DNA of 64,000 bases from an uncultured delta proteobacterium (lineage in GTDB: Bacteria > Desulfobacterota > Binatia > UBA9968): NCBI GenBank assembly GCA_963804165.1, contig CAWDPO010000025.1, positions 32,001 to 96,000 on the forward strand, in the 5' to 3' direction. Position numbers and translations under genes: made by a program. Below are positions 1 to 9,078 of this stretch, in pieces (within the stretch, counting starts at the first letter, position 1; every line of letters starts with the position of its first letter). A model generated the notes under the pieces. That model worked only from the letters and a program-made list of their open reading frames with translations, ran no database searches and was not told where the DNA came from.

Positions 1-609
1 ATGGGAGTGACTCGTTACGGCTCGTCTACTGATTTGCTCCTGCGGCTTACGCTGGACAAGTGGGGCCTCAAGCCGGAGACGGATGTTCCCATTTTACAAA
101 TGGGAGGCGTGCCGCCGATCTTGGCGGGAATGCAATCGAAAAAAATCTTCGCCGGACCGCTTTCATTGCCGACACTGGCAAGGGCGAAGCAGGAAGGTTT
201 TCGCGAGCTGGCGGACATTGCCGATTTGGTTCCGGAGTATCAGGTCGCAGGAGTCGTCACACGGCGCGCCTTTATCAAGCAGAACATGGAGGCAGCTCGC
301 GGGTTCATTAAAGCGATCGCGGAGGCCACGGCCGTGTTCAAATCCGATCCCGGTTCTGTGAAGAAGGTCATGAGAGAACGGCTCAAGATCGATGACCCGG
401 CGGTCGTCGAAGAAACACAGAAAAATTATCCGCGCTACATGCCGAGCATTCCATACCCGAGTCGCGCCGGCATCGCCGTTATCAAAGCATTCTTGGAGAA
501 GACCGAGCCGGCGCTGCAAAAGCTGTCCATCGACGATCAGATCGACGTGCAGCTGGTGCGAGAGCTCGAGCAGAGCGGATTCTTTAGCGGTCTGCAGCGC
601 GTCAAGTGA
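1..609 (+). CDS. ABC-type substrate-binding protein, NMT1/SsuA/THI5-like (5' partial)
   Basis: GVTRYGSSTD and DVPILQMGG motifs, C-terminal LVRELEQSGFF typical of this SBP family; ORF runs off the window start. Confidence 0.85.
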   Translation: MGVTRYGSSTDLLLRLTLDKWGLKPETDVPILQMGGVPPILAGMQSKKIFAGPLSLPTLARAKQEGFRELADIADLVPEYQVAGVVTRRAFIKQNMEAARGFIKAIAEATAVFKSDPGSVKKVMRERLKIDDPAVVEETQKNYPRYMPSIPYPSRAGIAVIKAFLEKTEPALQKLSIDDQIDVQLVRELEQSGFFSGLQRVK

Positions 610-622
610 GAGTGAAAAGAAT

Positions 623-683
623 TGGAATGTAGGAGTGTTGGGTGGTCGGATAAAGCAGGACTCCAATATTCCATCATCCAATT
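623..683. repeat. Degenerate 8-bp-unit inverted repeat (TGGAGTNN / ACTCCANN family)
   Basis: tggaatgt-aggagtgt-tgggtggt ... actccaat-attccatc-atccaatt; similar to copies at 1872 and 9009. Confidence 0.6.
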
Positions 684-748
684 ATTTGGTGTCGAACAAA
701 TGGGTATCGGTAAAAAGCGCTTCCACCCATCTTACGAGAAATTCTCCT

Positions 749-785
749 CCCTCGCCCACGAAGTGGGAGAGGGCTGGGGTGAGGG
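749..785. repeat. REP-like palindrome CCCTCGCCCAC-GAA-GTGGGAGAGGG with G-rich tail
   Basis: Imperfect hairpin followed by CTGGGGTGAGGG, in the intergenic region between convergent genes. Confidence 0.6.
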
Positions 786-885
786 TCCCTCCAGGAGGGA
801 GAGGAAATTAAGATAAAAGCAAAAGAGCCTAGTCCGGTTCGCTTACGCTCAGGGTGACTCGTTCCCCACTGGGCTTCGGAGCGAG

Positions 886-1833
886 TCAGTTGCCCACCGG
901 CGCGAACAAATCGCTGAGCGGCGGACGAGAGGGGATGTAGCCTTGTTCGTTGGCGTATTGAACGAACTTTTCCAAGACGACTTGATTTTCCGGCGTGAGT
1001 CCATGGCCCCATGGGTTGTTGCCGAAGAGTTCTTCCTCTTCCTCTAGAATCAAAACCGCCGATGGAAAAGCCGAACGTTTGGCGTAGTCGTACGACTTCC
1101 GGCAACGTTCCTCGGCTTCGGTGAATGCGTTCACCAGACTCGATACCAGCCAGGGATTCCCATCGAAAAGCGATTGACGCACGACTAGCGTATGCGTGAT
1201 CGGAAAGATTTTTGTCTTATGGAAATATTCGTTGACCGTGGCTCTTGCGTCTTTGAAGACGCGGCGGATGCGCGGATCTTTGGCGCGAAACGATGGCACG
1301 ATATTCGGCGGAATGAGCGCGTCGATCTCGCCGCGCAATAATAGCGCTTCGGTGGGCTCGTTCGCGACCGTCACACTGACATTCGCGGGTATCTGATATC
1401 CGGCGCGTTCGGGGTCGGAAGTAAACCATTCGCAGTCCTCTGGCCTGACGCCATAATGCTCTTGGAGAATGCCTCTCGCCCAAAGTCCGACGGTCAGTCG
1501 ATACTCGTCCATGCCGATTTTCTTGCCTTTGAGATCTTCGGGGCGGTCGATGCCCGACGCGGCGGAGCAAAAGATATAAGGGTGAATCTGCATGCGCAGC
1601 GGAAAGATCGGCAGGGCGATGACCGGTTCGTTTCGGCAGCGCGCCATCATGTACCACGAGAGCGACATCTCGGCGATATCGAACTCCTCATAAACCGGCC
1701 GCAGGCACGCTTCGCCGGTCTCGGCGCGGCGCGGTTGCAATTTGATCCCCTCGGCAGTGATTTCGCCGCTCAGCAATGGGCGGGTTCGATGGTAATCCGC
1801 GAGCATAAGGGTTAATTCGAGATCATGTGCCAT
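886..1833 (-). CDS. 4,5-dihydroxyphthalate decarboxylase-like protein (PBP2 fold, no signal peptide)
   Basis: DYHRTRPL, EFDIAEMSLSWY, LPIFPLR, EYRLTVGLWARGIL, IFPITH motifs. Confidence 0.75.
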   Translation of the reverse strand: MAHDLELTLMLADYHRTRPLLSGEITAEGIKLQPRRAETGEACLRPVYEEFDIAEMSLSWYMMARCRNEPVIALPIFPLRMQIHPYIFCSAASGIDRPEDLKGKKIGMDEYRLTVGLWARGILQEHYGVRPEDCEWFTSDPERAGYQIPANVSVTVANEPTEALLLRGEIDALIPPNIVPSFRAKDPRIRRVFKDARATVNEYFHKTKIFPITHTLVVRQSLFDGNPWLVSSLVNAFTEAEERCRKSYDYAKRSAFPSAVLILEEEEELFGNNPWGHGLTPENQVVLEKFVQYANEQGYIPSRPPLSDLFAPVGN

Positions 1834-1871
1834 GGTTGCTCCTTAAGAGTTGTCGCGGGGTGCTCTGTTGT

Positions 1872-1957
1872 TGGAGTGATGGAGTAATGGAGTGTTGCGG
1901 AGAATCAGGGAGCGAGGACCCAATACTCCAGTACTCCACTACTCCGATGACTCCAAT
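1872..1957. repeat. 8-bp-unit inverted repeat (TGGAGTNN x3 ... ACTCC-containing units x4)
   Basis: tggagtga-tggagtaa-tggagtgt ... actccagt-actccact-actccgatg-actccaat. Confidence 0.8.
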
Positions 1958-1965
1958 TTATCCTT

Positions 1966-2922
1966 TCACCGTCCCTGTCCAGTAGCTTTCATTAAGAATT
2001 GCCGGGTGAAAAATTTGTCGGGTCCGCCGAGTTTTTTCGACTCGGCCTCGATCTTCGTCGCGGCGATGAGCGCGTCGATGTCTTCCCGGGATATCGAAGT
2101 CGAGTAAACGCCGGCAAATTGGTTGATTACCTGCCGCACGGTCGCCGGATCGCCGAATTTGTTCTTTTTAATAACGCTCTCGGCAACTTTATCCGGGCTT
2201 TTTTTGAGGAAATCAAGGCCGCGGTTGATGGCGCGAAGTGTCGCGACGATCCCTTCGGGATCGGTTTCCAGCTTCTGTTTGCCTGTCGCAATGACCACGA
2301 AGGGAAATCCGGGTATGACGCTGCCGATGTCGAATAGGGTCGAGAAGCCCTTCCTTTCCAGCGCCAGTCTTTCCAAAAAAGAAAACGGCGAGGCATGAAT
2401 TTTTCCCGTTTCCAAAGCTTGGGCACGGGACGGACTGTTGCCGACGCCGTAAAGAATCTTGTAATCGCGGTCGCGCACCAAGCCTTTTCTGGTCAAGCCT
2501 TCGACAGCGGCGAATTCCGCCACGCCGCCGGGGCCGGTGACGCCAACGACTTTGCCTTTGAGATCGTTGACGCTGGCGATTCCTTTGGCGCCGATGAGCG
2601 TGTAATCCATGTAAGGCTGAATTCCACTGATGATGAGCATGGGCGCATTTTGCGCGATCGCACGAACCGCGGCGACGCCCGCGACCAAAGTGTAATCCAC
2701 GCCGCCTCCGACCAGGGCCGCCATGGCGGTTGGCCCACCTGTGATAAGAACCGTTCTTACGTCCAAACCTTCGGCCGCAAAAAAGCCAAAGTCCTGCGCG
2801 ACGACCAGCGGCAAGGTTCCGCTCAACGTCGGCGTATTGGAAGCGAAGTTGACGGACTTCGTGGCGGCTCCAGAGACTCGAGTAAAGATAAGAATAATGA
2901 GAACGATGGAAAGGCGCAGCAT
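1966..2922 (-). CDS. ABC-type substrate-binding protein, NMT1/SsuA-like
   Basis: Signal peptide; GFFAAEGLDV and DLKGKVVGVT motifs. Confidence 0.85.
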   Translation of the reverse strand: MLRLSIVLIILIFTRVSGAATKSVNFASNTPTLSGTLPLVVAQDFGFFAAEGLDVRTVLITGGPTAMAALVGGGVDYTLVAGVAAVRAIAQNAPMLIISGIQPYMDYTLIGAKGIASVNDLKGKVVGVTGPGGVAEFAAVEGLTRKGLVRDRDYKILYGVGNSPSRAQALETGKIHASPFSFLERLALERKGFSTLFDIGSVIPGFPFVVIATGKQKLETDPEGIVATLRAINRGLDFLKKSPDKVAESVIKKNKFGDPATVRQVINQFAGVYSTSISREDIDALIAATKIEAESKKLGGPDKFFTRQFLMKATGQGR

Positions 2923-3041
2923 GAGTTTGCTGCATATCCTTGAAATCCGCAGAGGTCAAGCCGGCCGAACAAAACCATATACGTGTTGACGGTCTAAATT
3001 GCGTTCGGTTAAGATTCCCCGAAAGGAATACTGTCGTGGTG

Positions 3042-3440
3042 ATGGAAAATAGCAAACCGGTGTCGAGGCCGGAAGTGATCGTTGATTTCGCCGTCGATGA
3101 AGGAATACTCAGCGTGTGTTCAAAAAATATCGGCGACCGGAGCGCCTATCGGGTGCGGACCGTTTTTGACAAGCCCTTCTATGGTTTGGATGGTGCTAAA
3201 TGCATTTCTCGCATGCGGGTGTTTCGTGAAGTCGCGTTCATGCCGCCGGGAAAAGAGTTTTGCCAATTTGTGGATATGTTGGGACCCTACGCAAAGAGAA
3301 AGGAACCGATGCAGCTTAAGGCGACGGTTTCGTATCGCGACCGAGCGGGAAATCGGTATGAGGACGTGATGGCGCATGATTTAAGAATTTGTCTCGACTT
3401 AGGTCAGGCTAGACTAACATCGGCGAGAGCAGGAGGGTAA
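3042..3440 (+). CDS. Hypothetical protein, apparently co-transcribed with the tail-tube gene
   Basis: ATG at 3042 after a GAAAGGAA element; stop 2 nt before the next ATG; KNIGDRSAY and VSYRD suggest a beta-sandwich. Confidence 0.65.
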   Translation: MENSKPVSRPEVIVDFAVDEGILSVCSKNIGDRSAYRVRTVFDKPFYGLDGAKCISRMRVFREVAFMPPGKEFCQFVDMLGPYAKRKEPMQLKATVSYRDRAGNRYEDVMAHDLRICLDLGQARLTSARAGG

Positions 3441-3442
3441 TC

Positions 3443-3883
3443 ATGGCGGGACCCAATCGCAACGATCCGTACAAGGCGTTTAATTTCGTGGTGGAAATCG
3501 ACGGCATACAAGCCGCCGGCTTTACCGAGTGTGCTGGGTTGTCCACGGAAACAGACGTCATCGAATACCGCGAGGGAAGTGAACGCGGAGGAATTCGAAA
3601 AATTCCCGGACTGACGAAATTCACCAACATAACTCTGAAGCGCGGACTCACAAGGAGTCGGGATTTGTGGAATTGGCGCAACGTCATTATCGACGGTGGC
3701 GTGGATCGAAGATCGGGAATCATCGTCGTGTTAGGTGACAATCACGCGCCGGTTGCGCGCTTTCAATTTCGCGAGGGCTGGCCGTCGAAATGGGAAGGTC
3801 CCAAGTTCAACGCGAGATCCAATGAAGTCGCGATCGAAACTTTAGAGATCGCGCACGAAGGACTGGAGGTCGTGCTTGATTAG
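3443..3883 (+). CDS. Phage tail tube protein, T4 gp19-like (eCIS Afp1/Afp5-type)
   Basis: DPYKAFNFVVEIDG, GFTECAGL, IEYREG, KIPGLTKFTNITLKRG, WPSKWEGP, VAIETLEIAHEG motifs; GGAGG RBS. Confidence 0.93.
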   Translation: MAGPNRNDPYKAFNFVVEIDGIQAAGFTECAGLSTETDVIEYREGSERGGIRKIPGLTKFTNITLKRGLTRSRDLWNWRNVIIDGGVDRRSGIIVVLGDNHAPVARFQFREGWPSKWEGPKFNARSNEVAIETLEIAHEGLEVVLD

Positions 3884-3988
3884 ACTTTAACGGCTGAACG
3901 AATCTCAGCCCAGCAACTTCTCGGTTACAGAGTCAGTGTTTAATCGTCCAATATTCTATTCCAGCACTCCAAGATACAAGTTTCTTTT

Positions 3989-5002
3989 TTACAGGCCCAG
4001 GGTGCTTTCGGCAAACAGCTCCTCGACCTTGGGTTTTTTCGTGATCAAGCCTTGCTCGTGCGAAAAATCGATGAGCGTTTCGAGCATCTTACGGTTCGCT
4101 TTGACGCCATAGGGATAGGGGTCGTTGCCAAATATCTCTTGGGTCATCGTCAAATACTCTTTGCCGAAAAAGAGTCCGGACGGAATGCTGTCCACCAATT
4201 TGGCGTTGAAGTCCACCTTGGCTTTCACGAAAGCAGTATAGAGATTGAACGCCACCCACGGATATTTTTTATAAATATCGCCGCGAATCGTGTAGGCGTG
4301 ATTGACCGGCAGAAAGCCCCATTTCTGAAAAAACCGTTTACCTTCGGCCATGCGATCGGGAAAGAGGCGTTTGACCTTGCTCCAGTCGCCATCGGCGCCG
4401 GGAATCCGGTGCGAGCGCCCGATGACGTTCGGCGTATTCTGCCAGGGACTGTTGATGGCGGCGGCATCCAATTCATTGCTGACCAGCATGGATGCCATGC
4501 TTTTCTCCGGCGGGATCCTCTGGAAGGAAATTCCGTGCGGCGGAGTGAATCCCGTCACGCTGCCATGGCTCAACTCCTCCGTGCGCTCCATGTACCAGTG
4601 GATCTTATACTGTGAAACGCCGAAATCGTGCTCCAAAATACCGCGCTGCCAGAGCGCCGCGGTTTGCTGATATTCGCCGACAGCGAGGCGTTTGCCGCCG
4701 AGATCCTCCGGCTTCTTGATGCCCGATTCGGTGTTATAGGACAGCTCGGTATGAAAGAGCCGTCGGCTCGGAAATACCGGCAAAGCGATCATATCGAAAC
4801 CGCGCTCGCGCGCGATCAGATAGGACGACATCGACATCTCGCCGACTTCGAATTCCTGAAACTTGAGCTGGCGCCAGAACGTTTCAGGCGGAGGCGAGTA
4901 GGTCGGAACGATCTCGATGCCTTCTGGTTGCACGCCGCCTTTCATCAAGGGTTCGACCCGCTCGTTGAAAGCGGAAATGAAACTCAGTCTAAGCTTGGGC
5001 AT
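3989..5002 (-). CDS. 4,5-dihydroxyphthalate decarboxylase-like protein, paralogue A
   Basis: ETFWRQLKFQEFEVGEMSMSSY, VFPSRR, EYQQTAALW, PVNH; start at MPKLRL chosen by comparison with paralogues. Confidence 0.75.
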   Translation of the reverse strand: MPKLRLSFISAFNERVEPLMKGGVQPEGIEIVPTYSPPPETFWRQLKFQEFEVGEMSMSSYLIARERGFDMIALPVFPSRRLFHTELSYNTESGIKKPEDLGGKRLAVGEYQQTAALWQRGILEHDFGVSQYKIHWYMERTEELSHGSVTGFTPPHGISFQRIPPEKSMASMLVSNELDAAAINSPWQNTPNVIGRSHRIPGADGDWSKVKRLFPDRMAEGKRFFQKWGFLPVNHAYTIRGDIYKKYPWVAFNLYTAFVKAKVDFNAKLVDSIPSGLFFGKEYLTMTQEIFGNDPYPYGVKANRKMLETLIDFSHEQGLITKKPKVEELFAESTLGL

Positions 5003-5075
5003 TTTCTGATACTCCTTCGATTTCATTCTCCGTGGAGCGGTTCCAATCGCCGCCCGAGAGCGTAACGGCTCGCAG

Positions 5076-6089
5076 TCATGTGTCGAGTAGGTCGTTCGCA
5101 AATAATTCTTCGATATTCATCTTGCGCGGAGTAAGGCCTTGCTCGCGGGAGTATTCGGCGATCGTGTCGAGCATCGCTTTATTGGCTTTGATGCCGTACG
5201 GAAACGGCTCATCGCCCAAAATATCCCGCGTCATCGCAAGATACTCCTGGCCGAAAACAAGCGCCGCGGGGATGCGCTCCAAAATAGTTTCTGTCGCGTG
5301 CGCTTTGGCGGCGACGAAAGCCTCGTATAGTTTCACGGCCAATCCCGGGTTGGCGCGATGCACGTCGCCGCGAATGATATAGGTGTGATTGACAGGGACA
5401 AAACCGTGCTTGGCGACGAATCGTCTGGCTTCGCCGATCTCGTCGGGAAACAGTCGCCTGACCTTCGACCAGTCGCCCTCGCTGCCGCGAATATGCGTGG
5501 AGCGATCGATGACGTTTACCGCCCGCGACAAATGCCCGCCGATGGGCGCAACGTCGATCTCGTTACTCACCAACATGGTCGCCATGCTTTTTTCCGGCGG
5601 GATACGATGAAACGATATTCCCGGCGGGGGCGAAAAACCGGTGGCGCCGCCGTGGCTGAGCTCGTCGGTACGCTCCATGTACCAGTGGACTTTGTATTGC
5701 GAGACGCCGAAGTCATGGTCCAATATGCCGCGCGCCCAAAGCGCCGCGGTCTGCTGGTATTCGCCGACGCCGATGCGTTTGCCGACAATGTCGCTTGGTT
5801 CTTTAATCCCGGAGTCGACATGGTAAGACTGCTCGGCGTGAAAGAAACGCCGGCTCGGAAACACCGGCAGGGCGATCATGTCGACGCCGCGCGAGCGCGC
5901 GATCAAATACGATGACATCGACATCTCGGCGACTTCGAATTCCTGAAACTTGAGCTGGCGCCAGAACGTTTCCGAGGGATGGGAATAGGTTGGGATGATT
6001 TCGATGCCTTCGGCTTTGATCGTTCCGTTCATGAGCGGCTCGACCCGCTCATTGAAATTGGAGATGAAACTGAGAGCTAGAGGTATCAT
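5076..6089 (-). CDS. 4,5-dihydroxyphthalate decarboxylase-like protein, paralogue B
   Basis: Same motifs and same 337-aa length as paralogue A. Confidence 0.75.
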   Translation of the reverse strand: MIPLALSFISNFNERVEPLMNGTIKAEGIEIIPTYSHPSETFWRQLKFQEFEVAEMSMSSYLIARSRGVDMIALPVFPSRRFFHAEQSYHVDSGIKEPSDIVGKRIGVGEYQQTAALWARGILDHDFGVSQYKVHWYMERTDELSHGGATGFSPPPGISFHRIPPEKSMATMLVSNEIDVAPIGGHLSRAVNVIDRSTHIRGSEGDWSKVRRLFPDEIGEARRFVAKHGFVPVNHTYIIRGDVHRANPGLAVKLYEAFVAAKAHATETILERIPAALVFGQEYLAMTRDILGDEPFPYGIKANKAMLDTIAEYSREQGLTPRKMNIEELFANDLLDT

Positions 6090-6127
6090 GTGAGTGTTAT
6101 GCCCCAATAGTTGGTCCAATCGTCTAT

Positions 6128-7150
6128 TCAGCGCAGCTTGAAGATGCTGTTGTATAGTTTTACCAGCCCTTCGAAATCTTTGTAGTCTTCGGGGCTTTCT
6201 ACGACGCGTTTGTATCCTCGAAAAAGTCTCGGCGGATCGGGCTCGACATCCTTGCGCACCGGGATGCGCTGCATGCCCCTGAGCATCTCCTGGCCTTCTT
6301 TGGACAGGCTGAAGTCATAGTAAAGCCGCGCCGCGTTAGGATGGGGCGCCTTGGCGGCGATCATGATTGGAAACGCCGAAACCACCGCCGGCTCGAGAGC
6401 AAGCCAATCCATCGGTGCGCCTCGGGCGACCATTCGCTCGAAGGTCTGGTTGTAAGAGATCGTCAGCGGATATTCGCCCGCCGCCGCGAGGGCGACGCGC
6501 TCGGTGTTGCCGCGCTTCATTGAGGGCTCGATGGCGGCGATCCGCCGAAAGTAAGCGATCGCCTTTTCCCGTCCCCAGGCGCGCATCAATCCTTGCAGCA
6601 TGCCGTAAGCTTCATTGTCGAACGACAACTGGCCGCCCTTCCATTTAGGATCGACGAGCGCTTCGTAGGTTCGTGGCACGTCTTCGCGCTTGACTAATTT
6701 GGTGTGCCAGCCGAGCACGTAGGAGATGACGTAATACGCCGTCCAGTAGCCTTCCTTATCGACAAGGTCGTCGTCGATCATCTTCGTTTCCGGCGAACGA
6801 TACGAGGCGAGCAGCTTGCGCTCGAGCAACGGCACGACCATTTCGGCTCGGCCTGCGGTGACGTCCCAAAGATTCTGCCCGGCGCGCGCCTCCGTGAAGA
6901 TCTTGTTCAAGAGCGGGCCGCCGCCGGTGCGGAAGAGCGTCGGTTTGATGAATGGGTATTTTTTTTGAAAGCGGTCGATGACTTGTTTGCTCTGATCCAA
7001 AGTCATGGTGGTGTAGAAGACCATCTCGCCTTCTTTTTTCGCGCCCTCGATCACTTTCGGGTCGGGGCTCTGCGCGCCGGCGCGGAGAGCGCCTGTAAGG
7101 AGAAGACACAGAGCGCCTGTCAGGAGAACGCTGAGCTTCGCTGATGTCAT
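6128..7150 (-). CDS. Extracellular solute-binding protein (iron(III)/AfuA-like, family 1/6)
   Basis: Signal peptide; GAKKEGEMVFYT, LVDPKWKG, APHPNAARLYYDF. Confidence 0.85.
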   Translation of the reverse strand: MTSAKLSVLLTGALCLLLTGALRAGAQSPDPKVIEGAKKEGEMVFYTTMTLDQSKQVIDRFQKKYPFIKPTLFRTGGGPLLNKIFTEARAGQNLWDVTAGRAEMVVPLLERKLLASYRSPETKMIDDDLVDKEGYWTAYYVISYVLGWHTKLVKREDVPRTYEALVDPKWKGGQLSFDNEAYGMLQGLMRAWGREKAIAYFRRIAAIEPSMKRGNTERVALAAAGEYPLTISYNQTFERMVARGAPMDWLALEPAVVSAFPIMIAAKAPHPNAARLYYDFSLSKEGQEMLRGMQRIPVRKDVEPDPPRLFRGYKRVVESPEDYKDFEGLVKLYNSIFKLR

Positions 7151-7191
7151 ATTTTCCTCCTTCAGCGATGCGATGTCTTATCAAAGAGAAA

Positions 7192-8203
7192 TCATAGGCC
7201 GAGGGTGCTTTCGGCGAACAGTTCCTCGACTGCCATTTTTTTTGGGCGTGAGCCCCTGCTCGTGCGAAAAGTTGATAATCATGTCCAGCATCGTTCGGTT
7301 GGCCTTGATGCCGAAGGGAAAGGGATCGGCGCCGATCATGTCGCGAGTCATCGCGGCATACTCCGGGCCGAAGAAAAGCGCGGACGGAATGCGCTCGGCC
7401 ATCTTCTCTTGCGCCAGCGCCTTGGCTTTGACAAAACCGTTATAAAGATTGAACGCGACCCAGGGATATTTTTTATAAATGTCGCCGCGGATGATGTACG
7501 CGTGATTCACAGGGAGAAAGCCGTGTTTCTTGTAGAAGCGCGCGCCTTCGGCGATGCGGTCGGGAAAAAGCGGCCCTATCTTACTCCAATCTCCTTTTCC
7601 CGTGATCCGGCTTGAACGATCCAGCGTGTTCGCCTGAAGCACGAACGGGCTGGCGACGTGGGCGACGTCCAATTCATTGTCGAGCAGAGTCGAAACCAAG
7701 CTCTGGTTGGGCGCGATGCGATTGAACGAAATCCCAGCCGGCGGCTTGAAACCGGTGGCGCTGCCGTGGCTCATCTCTTCACTACGTTCCATGTACCAGT
7801 GGATTTTGTATTGCGAGACGCCGAAGTCGTGTTCGAGGATACCGCGTATCCAGAGCGCGGCAGTCTGTTGGTATTCTGCCACGCCTAATTTTTTTCCTGC
7901 GAGATCTTCCGGCTTGGTGATGCCGGAATCGACGTGATACGACAGCTCTGTCTGAAATAGCCGCCGGCTCGGAAAGACCGGCAAGGCGATCATGTCGGCG
8001 CCTTGGGACTTGGCAATCAAGAAAGACGACATCGACATCTCCGCCACTTCGAACTCGCCGAACTTGAGCTGGCGCCAGAAAGTTTCGGCCGGATGGGAGT
8101 AGGTGGGAATCAACTCGATCCCTTCCGCCTGGACAGTGCCGTTCATCAACGGTTCGACGCGCTCGTTGAATGCGGAGATGAATCCTAGAGTGAGTTTCGG
8201 CAT
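7192..8203 (-). CDS. 4,5-dihydroxyphthalate decarboxylase-like protein, paralogue C (+1 frameshift near C-terminus)
   Basis: Same motifs as A and B; removing one A from the A8 run (7236-7243) restores KKMAVEELFAESTLGL*, matching paralogue A; as written the ORF ends at 7181. Confidence 0.75.
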
Positions 8204-8288
8204 GGATCACAATTGTGAGGTAGACGACCTGGGAGTCGTGATTCAAGGGCTCCTATAACGCCCAGTTTGCCGCCGAGTTTGCTCGTGC

Positions 8289-8975
8289 TTACTTGTCATA
8301 GCCCTCGATGGACCAGATATCGTAGAGCAGTTCCATGCGCCGAAAAGTCGCTTTGTACGTCTGCTCCTGCAGGGATGGCGAGTGGAGATAGCGGACCGCG
8401 ATTTCTTCGGCGAGGCTGCTGTGGTCCTCATCCGCTTCCGAATGAACGGTGAAGAAACGCACATCATCCGGCTTCATATTGTAGTTCTTCAGCAAGCCGT
8501 TGCCGATCGCCGCCGCCGCCGGTCCAAACGTTCCTTCGGCGCCGATCTGGATCGACATGACGACGAACCAGGGCAGCGTGTGGATGATCAACTCGACGTA
8601 ATAGAGATGCGCCGCAGTGGACGGGCGCAGCTCGGCGTTTTCCAATTGCTTCTGGGTTAGGCCGATGGAGTTGGCGAATCGGATCGCTAACTCATTGTGC
8701 CCGGCGGTGCCGGTGTCCAAGCCGCGGGTTTCTTCCTCGACGACGCCCCAAAGTTTTTTCGCGATCTCCGGATCAGTGCACGCCAAATAACGCAGCATAC
8801 AGATGCGCGGCACCGCGGCGCGAAACTGGTAGTCTTGAATCGCCCAGGCGCGAATCTGATCCATGGTTGCGCTGCCGTTGCATACCGCCTTAAGAAACGG
8901 ATGCTTGATGCGGATCTTTGGAAACGCTTGGATGTCTTTTTTCAATTGATCGACGAATTCTTTAGACGTGGCCAT
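8289..8975 (-). CDS. Heme-oxygenase-like diiron oxidase (CADD/PqqC/TenA superfamily)
   Basis: HPFL at N-terminus; EEE..GH, GAEG and VHSEADEDH (H-x3-D-x2-H) diiron ligand pattern. Confidence 0.8.
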   Translation of the reverse strand: MATSKEFVDQLKKDIQAFPKIRIKHPFLKAVCNGSATMDQIRAWAIQDYQFRAAVPRICMLRYLACTDPEIAKKLWGVVEEETRGLDTGTAGHNELAIRFANSIGLTQKQLENAELRPSTAAHLYYVELIIHTLPWFVVMSIQIGAEGTFGPAAAAIGNGLLKNYNMKPDDVRFFTVHSEADEDHSSLAEEIAVRYLHSPSLQEQTYKATFRRMELLYDIWSIEGYDK

Positions 8976-9008
8976 CTGGGTTCCTCCTCAAAGCGTGAAT
9001 TTCGTGAT

Positions 9009-9077
9009 TGGAGTAATGGAGTGGTGGAGTGATGGGAGTAGCAACACTCCAGTACTCCAATACTCCATCACTCCAGT
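9009..9077. repeat. 8-bp-unit inverted repeat (TGGAGTNN-like x4 / ACTCCANN x4)
   Basis: tggagtaa-tggagtgg-tggagtga-tgggagta-gcaac-actccagt-actccaat-actccatc-actccagt. Confidence 0.85.
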
Positions 9078-9078
9078 T

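Noticed and set aside
3443-3883. Prophage or T6SS locus
   Set aside because: No integrase, capsid, terminase, sheath or Tss genes in the window; motifs are gp19-type rather than Hcp
8289-8975. Calling the gene pqqC or tenA
   Set aside because: No pqq or thiamine-pathway neighbours; the diiron ligand pattern fits the CADD-like oxidases better
9009-9077. Possible mini-CRISPR array
   Set aside because: Units are 8 bp with 2-bp variable parts and inverted arms; no 25-45 bp spacers and no cas genes
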